A stretch of DNA of 64,000 bases from an uncultured Pelagibacteraceae bacterium (GTDB taxonomy: Bacteria; Pseudomonadota; Alphaproteobacteria; Pelagibacterales; Pelagibacteraceae): contig CACAYM010000005.1 of NCBI GenBank assembly GCA_902536765.1, positions 14,725 through 78,724 on the forward strand. Direction: 5' to 3'. Of the stretch, positions 9,324-20,624 are shown piece by piece. Both the position numbers and the translations under genes were made by a program. Each line of letters opens with the position of its first letter. Position 1 is the stretch's first letter. The notes under the pieces are model-generated. The model was not told the DNA's origin and did no database searches. It was given only the letters and a program-made list of their open reading frames with translations.

Positions 9324-9794
9324 TTAAATGTTAAGCTGTCTTATGCTTTCACCTAAAATTATAGCAACTGATGTCGACAAGTTAAGTGATCTTTTTTTAT
9401 CTACCATAGGAATTTTTATTTTTTGTCTCAATAAATCATGAACTTTTTTTGGTACGCCAGCACTTTCTTTACCAAAAAGCAAAGTATCTCTTATGTTAAA
9501 TTTAAAATTAGTATATATTTTTTTCGCTTTGGTTGTAATTAAAATTACCCTATCATTTGATTTAGCTTCGAAAAATTCTTCATCACTCTGATAAAAATTT
9601 ATATTTTTAGTTTCCATATAGTCCATAACAACCCTTTTAAATCTTTTGTCGCTAAGAAGAAAACCGCATGGTTCAATAATTTCTAACTGCGCACCTAGGC
9701 AAGCACAAGTTCTAATAATAGCAGCTGTATTTTGAGGTATGTCTGGCTCGTATAAGGCTATTTTGGGAGCAAAATTGGCTTTGTAATGTGTCAT
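9324..9794 (-). CDS. trmL: tRNA (cytidine/uridine-34 2'-O)-methyltransferase, SPOUT family
   Basis: EPDIPQNT, IIEPCGF, FGKESAG, IPM..RSLNLS. Confidence 0.92.
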   Translation of the reverse strand: MTHYKANFAPKIALYEPDIPQNTAAIIRTCACLGAQLEIIEPCGFLLSDKRFKRVVMDYMETKNINFYQSDEEFFEAKSNDRVILITTKAKKIYTNFKFNIRDTLLFGKESAGVPKKVHDLLRQKIKIPMVDKKRSLNLSTSVAIILGESIRQLNI

Positions 9795-9866
9795 TCTATC
9801 AGTGGAAATATTATGCTTTTTTATTATATGAAATCATATATTAGATATTATTAATTTAAAATTTAA

Positions 9867-10376
9867 ATGTCAGAAAAAAAAGTCAAAAGAAGAGAATTCA
9901 TTTTTACAGCAACTTATGCAGTTGGGGCTGTTGGAGTGGGAGCTACTATTTGGCCTTTAATTGACCAAATGAACCCTGATGCATCTGTAAAAGCTTTAGC
10001 CAGTACTGAAGTTGATATTAGCAATGTAGAAAAGGGTCAGTCCATAACAGTTTTATGGAGAGGAAAGCCAGTTTTTATTAGAAGAAGAACTGAAGAAGAA
10101 ATTGCGAAAGCAAGAGATGTTAACGTAGATGAATTAAAACATCCTGAGAAAGATGAGGATAGAGCCAAAGATCCAGAGTGGCTTGTTATGTTAGGTGTTT
10201 GTACACATTTAGGATGTGTGCCATTAGGCGATAAGGGTGAATATGGCGGTTGGTTTTGCCCGTGTCATGGTTCACATTATGATACATCAGGAAGAATAAG
10301 AAAAGGTCCTGCTCCAACAAACATGGAAGTACCTAAATACGAATTTGTAAATGGAGATACTATAAAGATAGGTTAA
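9867..10376 (+). CDS. petA: Cytochrome bc1 Rieske iron-sulfur subunit
   Basis: RR Tat-like motif, CTHLGC and CPCHGS. Confidence 0.98.
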   Translation: MSEKKVKRREFIFTATYAVGAVGVGATIWPLIDQMNPDASVKALASTEVDISNVEKGQSITVLWRGKPVFIRRRTEEEIAKARDVNVDELKHPEKDEDRAKDPEWLVMLGVCTHLGCVPLGDKGEYGGWFCPCHGSHYDTSGRIRKGPAPTNMEVPKYEFVNGDTIKIG

Positions 10377-10380
10377 TTTA

Positions 10381-11640
10381 ATGAGCGATCACGAATATAC
10401 TCCTAGTTCAAAATTTGGAAAATGGTTTAACGACCGTTTGCCTCTTTTAACACTAGGGAAACATTTAACTGATTATCCAACACCTAAGAATCTAAACTAT
10501 TGGTGGACCTTTGGAGGAATATTAACTTTCTGTTTAATTACTCAAATTGTAACAGGATTAATTTTGGCAATGCATTACGTTGCTCATGCAGATTTAGCAT
10601 TCGGAAGTGTAGAGCATATCATGAGGAATGTTAACTATGGATGGCTCATAAGATATGTTCATGCTAATGGAGCATCAATGTTTTTTCTTGCTGTTTACAT
10701 TCATATATTTAGATCTTTATATTATGGTTCTTATAAATCTCCTCGAGAAATAATATGGATTTTAGGTATGATAATTTATATACTAATGATGGCTGCTGCT
10801 TTTATGGGGTATGTTTTACCTTGGGGACAAATGAGCTTCTGGGGAGCAACAGTTATAACAAATCTTTTTAGTGCCATTCCATTAGTTGGTGAAAGTATAG
10901 TAACATGGCTATGGGGTGGCTATTCAGTAGACAACCCAACTTTAACTCGTTTTTTTAGCTTGCATTACTTAATTCCATTTCTAATTTTAGGCCTTGTTGT
11001 GCTTCATATTTGGGCACTTCACGTACCAGGCAATAACAATCCAATTGGTATTGATTTAAAAAAACCTTCAAAAGATACTGTTCCTTTTCATCCATATATA
11101 GTGATAAAGGATTTATTTGCATTATTAATTTTTTTAATAGTTTTTGCTTTCTTCGTTTTTTATTCACCAAATATTCTTGGCCACGCTGATAATTACATTG
11201 AAGCGAATCCAATGGTTACACCTGCACACATTGTTCCAGAATGGTATTTACTTCCTTTTTACGCAATTTTGAGATCAGTGCCTGATAAACTTTTAGGTGT
11301 AATTGCGATGTTTGGCGCTTTATTTATCTTGGTAATACTTCCATGGCTTGATACCTCAAAAACAAGATCTGCTATATTCAGACCATTATACAAACAATTT
11401 TATTGGTTCCTAGTAGCAGACGTTTTAATACTTGGTTACGTGGGAGCAATGCCTGCAGAAGGGATATACTTGTTAGTTGCGAGAGTAGCAACTGCATACT
11501 ACTTTGCTCATTTCTTAATTATTCTTCCTATTCTAAGTAAAAAAGAGAGAGTTCTAGATGTCCCATTAAGCATAACCGAACCTATTCTCGGTGGATCAGT
11601 TAGTGCGTCTGCAGTAAGGCAAAAAAAAGATAAATTATGA
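10381..11640 (+). CDS. petB: Cytochrome b
   Basis: [25 protein letters not shown] motif. Confidence 0.98.
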   Translation: MSDHEYTPSSKFGKWFNDRLPLLTLGKHLTDYPTPKNLNYWWTFGGILTFCLITQIVTGLILAMHYVAHADLAFGSVEHIMRNVNYGWLIRYVHANGASMFFLAVYIHIFRSLYYGSYKSPREIIWILGMIIYILMMAAAFMGYVLPWGQMSFWGATVITNLFSAIPLVGESIVTWLWGGYSVDNPTLTRFFSLHYLIPFLILGLVVLHIWALHVPGNNNPIGIDLKKPSKDTVPFHPYIVIKDLFALLIFLIVFAFFVFYSPNILGHADNYIEANPMVTPAHIVPEWYLLPFYAILRSVPDKLLGVIAMFGALFILVILPWLDTSKTRSAIFRPLYKQFYWFLVADVLILGYVGAMPAEGIYLLVARVATAYYFAHFLIILPILSKKERVLDVPLSITEPILGGSVSASAVRQKKDKL

Positions 11641-12419
11641 GAAAAACTTTAATTATTTTTTTTTTTTTAATTTCCTCTAATATAGCAGTTACAAGTTCTT
11701 TCTCTGCAGAACAAGCAGCAAAACCAATGAGTCCAGGATGGAGTTTTAAGGGTTTTTTTGGAACCTTTGATAGAGCGTCCTTACAGAGAGGCTATCAGGT
11801 GTATACTGAGGTTTGCGCTTCTTGTCATTCAATGAAGCATTTGAGTTATAGAAACCTATCACAACCGGGTGGTCCTGAATTTAGTGAAGAACAAGTGAAA
11901 ATAATTGCTTCTCAATTTGAAGTAAGAGATGGTCCGAATGATGATGGAGAGATGTTTGATAGACCAGCAAGACCCTCAGATAATTTTGTTAGTCCTTATG
12001 CTAATGATAAAGAAGCTACCGCTGCAAATGGAGGAGCTTACCCGCCAGACATGTCAGTGCTTGTTAAAGCAAGAAAAGGGGGGGCAGATTATATATATTC
12101 TTTATTGCTTGGATACGATGAACCACCAGGGGATATTTCTTTAGATGATGGGGTTTATTACAATAAATATATGGCAGGCAACAAAATTAAAATGTCAAAT
12201 CCCTTATCAGAGGGCATAGTTGAGTATGCTGATGGAACTCAAGCAACTGAAGAACAAATGGCTAGAGATGTAACAACCTTTCTCTCCTGGGCTGCGGAAC
12301 CACATTTGGAAGAAAGGCACAAAATAGGATTTAGAGCAATTGTCTATTTAATTATAATTACAATTTTAGTTTACTTTAGTATGAAAAAGATTTGGTCACG
12401 TGTTGAATCTGAAGTTTAG
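11637..12419 (+). CDS. petC: Cytochrome c1
   Basis: CASCH heme motif, PPDMS, C-terminal TM helix. Confidence 0.97.
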   Translation: MRKTLIIFFFLISSNIAVTSSFSAEQAAKPMSPGWSFKGFFGTFDRASLQRGYQVYTEVCASCHSMKHLSYRNLSQPGGPEFSEEQVKIIASQFEVRDGPNDDGEMFDRPARPSDNFVSPYANDKEATAANGGAYPPDMSVLVKARKGGADYIYSLLLGYDEPPGDISLDDGVYYNKYMAGNKIKMSNPLSEGIVEYADGTQATEEQMARDVTTFLSWAAEPHLEERHKIGFRAIVYLIIITILVYFSMKKIWSRVESEV

Positions 12420-13469
12420 AACATCACCATCTTTTACGATATAATCTTTACCTTCTAACCTCATATTACCGTTATTCTTTGAGTTTAACCATCCGCCATT
12501 TCTAATAAAATCATTATAAGAAACAGTTTCTGCCCTAATGAAACCTTTCTCAAAATCAGTATGTATTGCACCAGCAGCATTAGGAGCGATACAGTTTTTT
12601 TTAATCGTCCATGCTCTAGTTTCTTCAGGTCCTGATGTGAAGAATGTTTCTAAATTTAAAATATTGTATCCTTTGCTAATTAGCTTATTAAGTCCAGTTT
12701 CTTCAAGACCAATCATATTCATATAATTTGTTTTTTCTTCTTCTTCAAATTGATTAATTTGATTTTCAATATCTGCAGAAATAATTACTGTATTCTCACG
12801 ACCAAACTTTTTAATAAAATCAGTTGTATAATTATTACCGCTATTAACACTTTTTTCATCTACATTGCATACATAAATCTTAGGTTTTATAGATAACAAT
12901 CCAGTTTGATTAATAATTTTTTCGTCAGCCTTATTAACTAATTCCGACAAATCTTTGCTATTATTAAGCTTTTCGAACGCGTTTTCTAATATTTCCTGCA
13001 TCTTTCCACTAATATTTTTCTTATTTTTTTTGTCTAATCTCTTTTGCAAAGACTCTAAATCAGCCAACATCATCTCTGTTTCGATTATTTCTAAATCTCT
13101 TATTGGATCTATACTCGAGTTGACATTTTGAATATCAGGCGAGTCAAAACATCTTATCATATGTATAATTGCATCAACCTCTCTTATGTGCGATAAGAAC
13201 TTATTTCCTAAACCCTCTCCTTTTGAGGCACCTTTGACTAAACCTGCAATATCAACAAAAGAAATTGTAGTATTTATTTTTTTTTTTGACTTTGAAATTT
13301 CTGAAAGTTTATCTAGTCTATGGTCTGGAACAAATACAGTGCCTATATTTGGGTCTATTGTGCAAAAAGGAAAATTTTCTGCTTGTGCTTTGGAAGAATT
13401 TGTTAATGCATTAAACAAAGTAGATTTACCAACATTTGGCAAACCTACAATACCGCATTTAAAACCCAT
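12396..13469 (-). CDS. ychF: Redox-regulated ATPase YchF
   Basis: GIVGLPNVGKST, NFPFCTIDPN, DIAGLVKGAS.GEGLGN, TGS-like C-terminus. Confidence 0.97.
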   Translation of the reverse strand: MGFKCGIVGLPNVGKSTLFNALTNSSKAQAENFPFCTIDPNIGTVFVPDHRLDKLSEISKSKKKINTTISFVDIAGLVKGASKGEGLGNKFLSHIREVDAIIHMIRCFDSPDIQNVNSSIDPIRDLEIIETEMMLADLESLQKRLDKKNKKNISGKMQEILENAFEKLNNSKDLSELVNKADEKIINQTGLLSIKPKIYVCNVDEKSVNSGNNYTTDFIKKFGRENTVIISADIENQINQFEEEEKTNYMNMIGLEETGLNKLISKGYNILNLETFFTSGPEETRAWTIKKNCIAPNAAGAIHTDFEKGFIRAETVSYNDFIRNGGWLNSKNNGNMRLEGKDYIVKDGDVLNFRFNT

Positions 13470-14030
13470 CTACTTATTATTTACTGTGCTTGAAAATAAG
13501 TCTAATTTCTTATCAATTAAAATTGGCAAAGATTCAGTTATGTTTTTGGTAATTGAGGTGAGTTCCTCTTTTTCATCTTCATTAAAATCTTGCAATACAT
13601 GATCGGCTACTTCTATATTATTTTTTGGGTGGCCAATTCCAATTCTTACTCTTGAATAATCTTTTCCAATAAATTTGTCTATAGATTCTATACCATTGTG
13701 CCCTGCACTAGATCCACCAAACTTGGTCTTAATTTTCCCAAAATCTATATCTAAATCGTCATGAAATACTATTACATTCCCAGCCTCAATTTTAAAATAT
13801 TCTATTAGCTCTCTTATACAAATGCCTGAATTATTCATAAATGTAAGAGGTTTTATAGCATATACTTTTTTTCCTTTTATTGTTCCAGTGGTGAGTAAGC
13901 CTTTGAACTTTGGTTTTTGCTTTGATAATCCAAATTTTTGATTAATTGCATCTATAATTTTAAATCCAATATTATGTCGATTATTTTCACTATTAGGAGT
14001 GGGATTTCCAAGACCTACAAAAAGTAACAT
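13470..14030 (-). CDS. pth: Peptidyl-tRNA hydrolase
   Basis: GLGNP, RHNIGF, KPLTFMN.SG, HDDLD, GHNG. Confidence 0.97.
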   Translation of the reverse strand: MLLFVGLGNPTPNSENNRHNIGFKIIDAINQKFGLSKQKPKFKGLLTTGTIKGKKVYAIKPLTFMNNSGICIRELIEYFKIEAGNVIVFHDDLDIDFGKIKTKFGGSSAGHNGIESIDKFIGKDYSRVRIGIGHPKNNIEVADHVLQDFNEDEKEELTSITKNITESLPILIDKKLDLFSSTVNNK

Positions 14031-14058
14031 GATTATTTTTTAAAATTTTTCAGCTTAA

Positions 14059-14805
14059 TTATTTTTTTTCTGGTTGAGATTTTTTGTCATCTCCCTTTTT
14101 TGCATCTTCTTTCTTTTCAGATTTTGTAGGATCTACTGGCGTTGCTTTTCCATCTCCTTCTGTACCCTCGGCTGTTTGTGTTGAACCCTCTTCACCAGTT
14201 GCTTCACCTCCCTCCGCAGCATCTGCTGGTTTTTCAGGTTCCTTAATAACAGTAGGCGCTGCTAGAGTAGCAACAACAAAATCTCTTCCTTGTATTGTTG
14301 GATGCACATTTTCTGGAAGTTTTATTGAAGATATTTTAAAACTTTGACCAATATCTACACCCTCTAAATCCACTACGAGTTCATTTGGAATATTCTCGGT
14401 TGAGCATTTTAATTCAACTTTTCTTCTAACAATATTTAAAACACCACCTCTTTTTAACCCAGGCGATTTATCGCTATTAATAAATTTGACCGGTATCTGC
14501 AGAATTACCTTTCCACCTTTTACAATTCGTAAAAAATCAACATGTGTTGGTTCATCAGACAGAATATCAAACTTAACTTCTCTAGGTAAAACGTTTTGGT
14601 CTTTACCGTCTAGCTTTATATTAATTATATTGGATAAAAAGTTGTCTTTTTCTAATAAATTAGTAAGAGTTTTTTTAGATACAGATATATTTTGATTTTT
14701 ATCTTCGCCACCATAAATTACTCCGGGTACATTTCCTTTAGATCTTAAGGAGTTTAAATCACCTTTAGTTTTGGTATTTCTAATATTAGCTTCTAAAGTA
14801 TTCAT
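14059..14805 (-). CDS. rplY: 50S ribosomal protein bL25 (long Ctc form, acidic tail)
   Basis: PGVIYG, HVDF, SPGLKRGGVLN, charged low-complexity tail; prs-rplY-pth synteny. Confidence 0.95.
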   Translation of the reverse strand: MNTLEANIRNTKTKGDLNSLRSKGNVPGVIYGGEDKNQNISVSKKTLTNLLEKDNFLSNIINIKLDGKDQNVLPREVKFDILSDEPTHVDFLRIVKGGKVILQIPVKFINSDKSPGLKRGGVLNIVRRKVELKCSTENIPNELVVDLEGVDIGQSFKISSIKLPENVHPTIQGRDFVVATLAAPTVIKEPEKPADAAEGGEATGEEGSTQTAEGTEGDGKATPVDPTKSEKKEDAKKGDDKKSQPEKK

Positions 14806-14850
14806 AAAAACTCAGTCTTTTAACCCAAGTTAATCTATAAAACAAGATAA

Positions 14851-15783
14851 TTATTTAAATAAATCAGAGACAGACGTCGAGTTAGATATTCTTTTAAGAG
14901 CTTCTCCAAGAAGATTTGAGATACTTAATATTTGTATATTTTTTACATTATTTATTTTTTTTGAATTATCAATCGTATCAGTAATTACTAAGTTTTTTAT
15001 TGGAGAATTTTTAATTTTTTTTACTGCATCTCCACTTAGTACACCATGAGTTATATAAACATGAATTTCTTTTGCTCCTCTTGATTTTAACATTTTTGCT
15101 GCATTAACTATTGTTCCTCCAGAGTCAATAATATCGTCTACTATTATACAAATTTTATTTTTAATATTACCGATTATGTTCATTACCTCTGATTTTCCTG
15201 GCGCAGGTCTTCTCTTGTCTACAATAGCAAGGTTGACATTCAGCAATTTACTCAATCCTCTTGTCCTTGCTACTCCACCTACATCTGGTGAAACGCAAAC
15301 TAAATTATTCATTTTAAGATTTTTTTTTATATGTCTATAAAATATTGGTGTCGCATAAAGGTTATCAACTGGAATATCAAAAAAACCTTGTATTTGTCCG
15401 GCATGTAAATCAACTGTTACAACTCTATCAGCTCCAGCCTTAGTTATTAAATTAGAAATTAATTTTGCAGATATTGAGGTTCTTGGTACAACTTTTCTAT
15501 CTTGTCTTGCATATCCAAAGTATGGAATTACAGCTGTGATATTTTTTGCCGAAGATCTTTTTAATGCATCAATGCATAAAAGCATCTCCAATAAATTATC
15601 ATTCGCAGGAGAAGATATAGATTGAATAATAAAAATATTATTTCCCCTAATGTTTTCATTTATTTCAACATAAATTTCCCCATCCGAGAATTTTCTTATG
15701 TTTGAATTAACTAGTTTTGTTTTAAGGAATTTTGAAATCTTTTGACTTAAGTTTTTGTTACTGTTTCCAGTTAATAATTTCAT
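14851..15783 (-). CDS. prs: Ribose-phosphate pyrophosphokinase
   Basis: FSDGE, PYFGYARQDRK, DLHAGQIQGFF, VDDIIDSGGT. Confidence 0.98.
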   Translation of the reverse strand: MKLLTGNSNKNLSQKISKFLKTKLVNSNIRKFSDGEIYVEINENIRGNNIFIIQSISSPANDNLLEMLLCIDALKRSSAKNITAVIPYFGYARQDRKVVPRTSISAKLISNLITKAGADRVVTVDLHAGQIQGFFDIPVDNLYATPIFYRHIKKNLKMNNLVCVSPDVGGVARTRGLSKLLNVNLAIVDKRRPAPGKSEVMNIIGNIKNKICIIVDDIIDSGGTIVNAAKMLKSRGAKEIHVYITHGVLSGDAVKKIKNSPIKNLVITDTIDNSKKINNVKNIQILSISNLLGEALKRISNSTSVSDLFK

Positions 15784-15792
15784 TGAGATTTC

Positions 15793-16551
15793 CTAATTAA
15801 TCATAATTAAAGATATATTTCTACCATAATCATCTTGTTTTTTATGCAAAGACCTTCTAGCACTAAAAAAATTGTTTCTTTGATTGTAAGTATCTTTATC
15901 AATAATGTCTATTTTTTTTACCCCAAGACTTTTCAATTGATATCTTACATATTTATTAAGGCTAAAATATGTTTTATTTTTAATCTTTTTAAAAAATAAT
16001 TTGTTTCCTCTACTTTGCTTCAAAAATTTCAGTTGAAAATCCTCTTGCACTTCATAACTTTTTTGAGATATGCAAGGTCCAATAGCTGCAATAAGGTTAT
16101 TTGATTTGCTACCTTTTTTTTTTAAATATTTTATGACTTTTTGTATTATGCCTTTATATGCACCCTTCCAACCAGCATGTATAGCTGAAATAATTTTGAG
16201 CTTTTTATCAAAAATTAAAACAGGCGCACAATCTGCCGTTAAAACCCCAAGTACTACCTTTTTCTGGTTTGTAATTAGTGCATCTCCTATTAATTTTTTT
16301 TTAACTGATTTATAATTCTTAATAAAAAAAAATTTGTTACTATGAACTTGATTTAATAAAATCAACTTTTTGTAAGACTTGCAAATTTTTTTGCCAGCTA
16401 TTGTTAAATTTTTAGATACGTATTTTTTTTTATCAAATGATCCTCTCCCACAATTTAAACTTTTATAAATTCCCCCAGATCTCCCTCCCAACCTGTTAAA
16501 GAAACAGTGTTTAATTGGTATTTCTTTCAAAAGTTTTTTTGAGTAAAACAT
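15793..16551 (-). CDS. pgeF: Purine nucleoside phosphorylase / peptidoglycan editing factor PgeF (YfiH family)
   Basis: QVHS, TADC.P, HAGWKG, IGPCI, FFSARR. Confidence 0.9.
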   Translation of the reverse strand: MFYSKKLLKEIPIKHCFFNRLGGRSGGIYKSLNCGRGSFDKKKYVSKNLTIAGKKICKSYKKLILLNQVHSNKFFFIKNYKSVKKKLIGDALITNQKKVVLGVLTADCAPVLIFDKKLKIISAIHAGWKGAYKGIIQKVIKYLKKKGSKSNNLIAAIGPCISQKSYEVQEDFQLKFLKQSRGNKLFFKKIKNKTYFSLNKYVRYQLKSLGVKKIDIIDKDTYNQRNNFFSARRSLHKKQDDYGRNISLIMIN

Positions 16552-17624
16552 TAATCAAACCCTAAAAAATTATTTTTTTTATAGTTGTAAGCTAAAATGA
16601 CTTTAAATAGTTCCCCCATAGAGTCTCTATGTAAAAGTCTTTTAAGCCTCAAGTACATATCCTTCTTTTGTTGATCATTCATTTTTTTTTCAACTATTCT
16701 CGCTCGTTCCATTATTCCCATTGTCTCTAGAAAAAATTTTTGAGTAACTATATTTTTTACTTTTAAATTCTTTTTTTTAAAAAACTCTTTTAAAAGATTG
16801 AAATTTACAAGATAAGAAATATCAGCTTTTCCTACATAATCGTATAAATTTTTAATATTAACTTTTTTATTCTTCATTACAGTTTGTAATGTATTTCCGT
16901 TAAAAGGTTTCAAATACCCATAATCAATAAGCAAGACACCGCCCGAAAGTGATGTGATTTTCTTAACTATTTTATTGAGTTCTATAAAGCCTAATTTAGG
17001 GTACTCAATAAAACTTTGATTTTTAAGTACATCAAATGTCTTTAAAACAGAGATGTCAGTTGGTGATGCTTTATGATATGTCTCCATTAATCCTTTTTTA
17101 TTAACAACGTAGTGTTTTTCTAAAAATTTTTTTTTATTAACAATAAATTGTTTTATAGGTAACGCGTCAAAAAATTCATTTCCAAAAAATATTACTGGTC
17201 CTTTTTTAATTGAATGAAAGTTTTTTATCCACTTTACTTTTTTATTTTTAATTTTTTTTTTTTGTATATTTTTTAATAAATTGCTTTTCTCATATAAAAA
17301 TATTTTTACAGATTTATTTAATTCTGGAAATTTTTTAAAAGTTTGAACGAGAATTTTTGTTAAACTTCCATCTCCAGGGCCGAGTTCAACTATATTAAAT
17401 ATCTTTGGTTTTTCGAATTTTTCCCAAAAAGAAATTATCCATATTGCTAAAATCTCAGAAAATAAATTTGAAATTGTAGGGGAGGTAACAAAATCACCAT
17501 CCTTTCCAAAAGGATTTTTTTTATTATAGTATCCTATCTCTGGTTCATATAATGCCTTTTCCAAAAACTTATCTAATGGAATTTTTTTATTTAGCGAAAG
17601 TTTAAAACTTTTAAATTTTTGCAT
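16551..17624 (-). CDS. SAM-dependent methyltransferase, MidA/NDUFAF7 family
   Basis: GYY, DFVTSP, VELGPGDG, NEFFDALP, IDYG, GELFKV. Confidence 0.88.
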   Translation of the reverse strand: MQKFKSFKLSLNKKIPLDKFLEKALYEPEIGYYNKKNPFGKDGDFVTSPTISNLFSEILAIWIISFWEKFEKPKIFNIVELGPGDGSLTKILVQTFKKFPELNKSVKIFLYEKSNLLKNIQKKKIKNKKVKWIKNFHSIKKGPVIFFGNEFFDALPIKQFIVNKKKFLEKHYVVNKKGLMETYHKASPTDISVLKTFDVLKNQSFIEYPKLGFIELNKIVKKITSLSGGVLLIDYGYLKPFNGNTLQTVMKNKKVNIKNLYDYVGKADISYLVNFNLLKEFFKKKNLKVKNIVTQKFFLETMGIMERARIVEKKMNDQQKKDMYLRLKRLLHRDSMGELFKVILAYNYKKNNFLGFD

Positions 17625-18384
17625 ATTTCAATCTATAAAAAAGAATTATACTAAAAAATATCATTAACGAACTTAACAACATGCCCATACTAAACGATCC
17701 AACTAGATAACCAATATGAGTATCTGGTTCTCTAAAAATTTCAGACACATAACGAAATATTCCATAAAAAAATAAAAATGCACAAGATACTATTCCAGTT
17801 CTGACTATTTTTCTAAAATAAATTATATTCAATATTATAAATAGAATTATCCCTTCCAAAAAACTTTCGTATAATTGCGAGGGATGTCTTGGAACATTAT
17901 CAATTAATGGAAATATTACCCCCCAATTTGCATTCGTTGCTTTTCCAATAAGCTCACTATTAATAAAATTAGCAATTCTACCAAAGAATAAACCAATAGG
18001 AGCACATACAGATATTAAATCTAAAAAAATATATTTATTAATTTTATGTTTTTTACTGTAGAAATAAGTTGCAATAATGATTCCTACTAGTCCTCCATGA
18101 AAAGACATGCCACCTTCCCAAATAAAAAAAATTTCAATAAGGTTTTGAGAATAATATTTCAGATTGTAAAATAAAATATAACCAAGCCTCCCTCCAAGAA
18201 TTATTCCGATTATCAAATATGATATTAAATCATCGAAAAGTGATGAGATGGTTTTATCTTTAATTAGGAATCTTTTGCAGTAAAACCATCCAAATAAAAT
18301 ACCAAAAATATAAGATAATGAGTACCATCTGATTTCAAAGGCAAACAAACTAAATGCAACTGGGTCAAAATTATTAGTAAACAT
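17611..18384 (-). CDS. lgt: Prolipoprotein diacylglyceryl transferase
   Basis: IRWYSL, LGGRLGY, GGMSFHGG, GRIANFIN, HPSQLYE. Confidence 0.97.
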   Translation of the reverse strand: MFTNNFDPVAFSLFAFEIRWYSLSYIFGILFGWFYCKRFLIKDKTISSLFDDLISYLIIGIILGGRLGYILFYNLKYYSQNLIEIFFIWEGGMSFHGGLVGIIIATYFYSKKHKINKYIFLDLISVCAPIGLFFGRIANFINSELIGKATNANWGVIFPLIDNVPRHPSQLYESFLEGIILFIILNIIYFRKIVRTGIVSCAFLFFYGIFRYVSEIFREPDTHIGYLVGSFSMGMLLSSLMIFFSIILFYRLKYAKI

Positions 18385-18429
18385 TTCAAAAAAATATTGT
18401 AAGAATATATTATTTTTAATTAGCTTTGT

Positions 18430-18660
18430 ATGACAAAATCAAAATTTATAAAAGATAAACTTACTAAATTATTTGAGCAAGGACTAATATCTTATAGTGA
18501 TCTTAACAACGAGATATTAAATTTATTTAAGACCAAAAAAGACGAGATTATACTAAAACTCGAACTTCCAACTAAAGAGGAATTCGATATTTTGAAAAAA
18601 AGAGTAGAAAATTTAGAAGCAGCAAAATCAAAAAAAAATAAAAAAAAAAAAATTAAATAG
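18430..18660 (+). CDS. Accessory factor UbiK / BMFP family small coiled-coil protein
   Basis: LELPTKEEFD..LKKRVENLE resembles the LDLVTREEF motif; divergent from lgt, the usual alphaproteobacterial position. Confidence 0.7.
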   Translation: MTKSKFIKDKLTKLFEQGLISYSDLNNEILNLFKTKKDEIILKLELPTKEEFDILKKRVENLEAAKSKKNKKKKIK

Positions 18661-19966
18661 GTAAAGTTATTTTTACCTGTAGTCCTTTTAGGATTGATTT
18701 ATCTAATTTTATATTTCCACCATGTGATTGAACAATATCTGATGCTATAGACATTCCTAAACCAACACTAGATTTTGTCTCGTTTCTACTTTTGTCAATT
18801 TTATAAAATGGCTTGAAAACATTCTCATATTCATTCTTTGGGATACCAGGACCATCATCGTCAATACATAATATTATGTTATTACTACTCTTTTTCAGAT
18901 TAACTTTAATATTTTTTCCATATTTCAAACTATTATCCAAAATATTTGAAATACATCTGTTAATAAGGGTTTTTTTTCCATGAAATAAAATATTTTGTGT
19001 GATTTCTGTTAATATATTTTTATTATTGTATTTCTTAATCGTATTTTCTAATAGTTTTGCTAAATCAAATTTTTCGCCTTTTTCACTTGATCTATTTTTA
19101 GAAAATTGGAGATATTCGTTTAACATTTTTTCCATTTCAATTACATCTTCAGATAGTTTATTTGATAATTGTTTATCTTTTATGAACGCTAATTGAAGCT
19201 TTATTCTTGTTAAAGGTGTTCTTAAATCATGACTTATACCTGACAACATCTCTGATCTCTGGTTGAGATGTCGAATAATTCTTTTTCTCATTCTCTCAAA
19301 TTCATATCCAGCCTGTCTAATTTCTAAAGCACCAGATGGTCTATACTCTCCAACATCTTCACCTCTTCCAAATTTTTCTGATGCTTTAGCCAAATTAATA
19401 ATTGGTCTTGTTTGATTCTTTAAAAATATTAGTGCAATTGCAATAAGCAAAAAAGCTGGCAAAGTAATCCATAATGCAAAAATTCTAGCAGAGGAATTTG
19501 CAATCCTATTTTTTGGAATTTCGAATTGAAAATATCCGTTTAAGTATTTGATTTTAAGATAAATATTTTCTTTAAAAGTTGTAGTGTCAAACCAATAATT
19601 ATTAAATTTCGATTTGAGTTCTCTTCTTAGAGTTCTATCCATTGGGCTGAACCACCTTTCAAATTCATTCTTTGGCAACATTTTATGGGGAATATAATTT
19701 GCTTTAATATTTTGTGTTTCAGAAAATAATTTAGTTAAAGAATCCTTATTGTATTGTTCATTATCATACGCCTCAATGAAAAACTTTATTTCGCCAATTA
19801 AAGCCCTTGTCATACCCTTATTTGTCTTAATCCATAAACTATCAAAAAAAACAATGGATATAGTTATCTGGAGAATTATAATTGGTGCTGCAACGATTAA
19901 TAATGCTCTGTAAAATAATTGTTTTGGTAAAAGGTTTTTTAAAAATTTATTCAATCCAAAGGACAT
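18653..19966 (-). CDS. EnvZ-like sensor histidine kinase (likely start ATG 19966)
   Basis: Two TM segments, HAMP, ISHDLRTPL H-box, DDDGPGI, GLGMSI. Confidence 0.92.
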   Translation of the reverse strand: MSFGLNKFLKNLLPKQLFYRALLIVAAPIIILQITISIVFFDSLWIKTNKGMTRALIGEIKFFIEAYDNEQYNKDSLTKLFSETQNIKANYIPHKMLPKNEFERWFSPMDRTLRRELKSKFNNYWFDTTTFKENIYLKIKYLNGYFQFEIPKNRIANSSARIFALWITLPAFLLIAIALIFLKNQTRPIINLAKASEKFGRGEDVGEYRPSGALEIRQAGYEFERMRKRIIRHLNQRSEMLSGISHDLRTPLTRIKLQLAFIKDKQLSNKLSEDVIEMEKMLNEYLQFSKNRSSEKGEKFDLAKLLENTIKKYNNKNILTEITQNILFHGKKTLINRCISNILDNSLKYGKNIKVNLKKSSNNIILCIDDDGPGIPKNEYENVFKPFYKIDKSRNETKSSVGLGMSIASDIVQSHGGNIKLDKSILKGLQVKITLPI

Positions 19967-20624
19967 AGCCTGTTCCTCTAATAGTTTGAAGGTATTTTGG
20001 ATTTTTTGGATCCAATTCAATTTTTTTTCTCAGTCTAGTGATTATAACATCAATAGATCTCTCTTTATCAATATCAATCAAATTTCCAATGTAATCTCTT
20101 GAAAATGATTCTCCTGGAGAATTTATCATTTTTTCTAAAATTACTTTTTCAGTATTGTTAATTTTAAATTCTTCTTTGTTTTTGTGTATAATTAATTTAT
20201 TCAAGTCAATTTTAATATTATCAAATTCAATCACTCTTTTGGTATCATGTTTTTTGGTTTTACTTAATATGTTTCTAATCCTCAGAATCAATTCTTTTGG
20301 CTCAAAGGGTTTTGGCAAATAATCGTCTGCTCCTGTCTCCAAGCCTTCTATTCTTTCTTTAGCTTCTCCTTTGGCTGTCAGCAATATAACTGGTGTATTA
20401 AGTTTTTTTTTATTTTTTTTTAAGAATTCTAAACCAGTTTGTCCTGGCATCATAATATCGAGAATTATTAAATCAAATTTTATAATATTTATTTTTTGAA
20501 AAGCATCCTCAGCATTTTTAGCAGTAGTAATAAGAAAATTATTTTCATTTAAATATTTTTTTACTAAATCTCTTATTCCATCGTCATCATCGACAACAAG
20601 TATGTGTGCTTCAAAATTATTCAT
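19947..20624 (-). CDS. OmpR-family response regulator
   Basis: VVDDD, DIMMPG, GADDYLPKPF, winged-helix C-terminus (YLQTIRGTGY). Confidence 0.95.
   Translation of the reverse strand: MNNFEAHILVVDDDDGIRDLVKKYLNENNFLITTAKNAEDAFQKINIIKFDLIILDIMMPGQTGLEFLKKNKKKLNTPVILLTAKGEAKERIEGLETGADDYLPKPFEPKELILRIRNILSKTKKHDTKRVIEFDNIKIDLNKLIIHKNKEEFKINNTEKVILEKMINSPGESFSRDYIGNLIDIDKERSIDVIITRLRKKIELDPKNPKYLQTIRGTGYVLWIE

Noticed and set aside
14062-14260. Charged low-complexity tail of bL25
   Set aside because: Typical of long Ctc-type bL25; there is no discrete nucleotide repeat unit.
14820-14833. TTAA-N6-TTAA upstream of rplY as a CtrA box
   Set aside because: The spacing is 6, not 7, and TTAA is very frequent in such AT-rich DNA.
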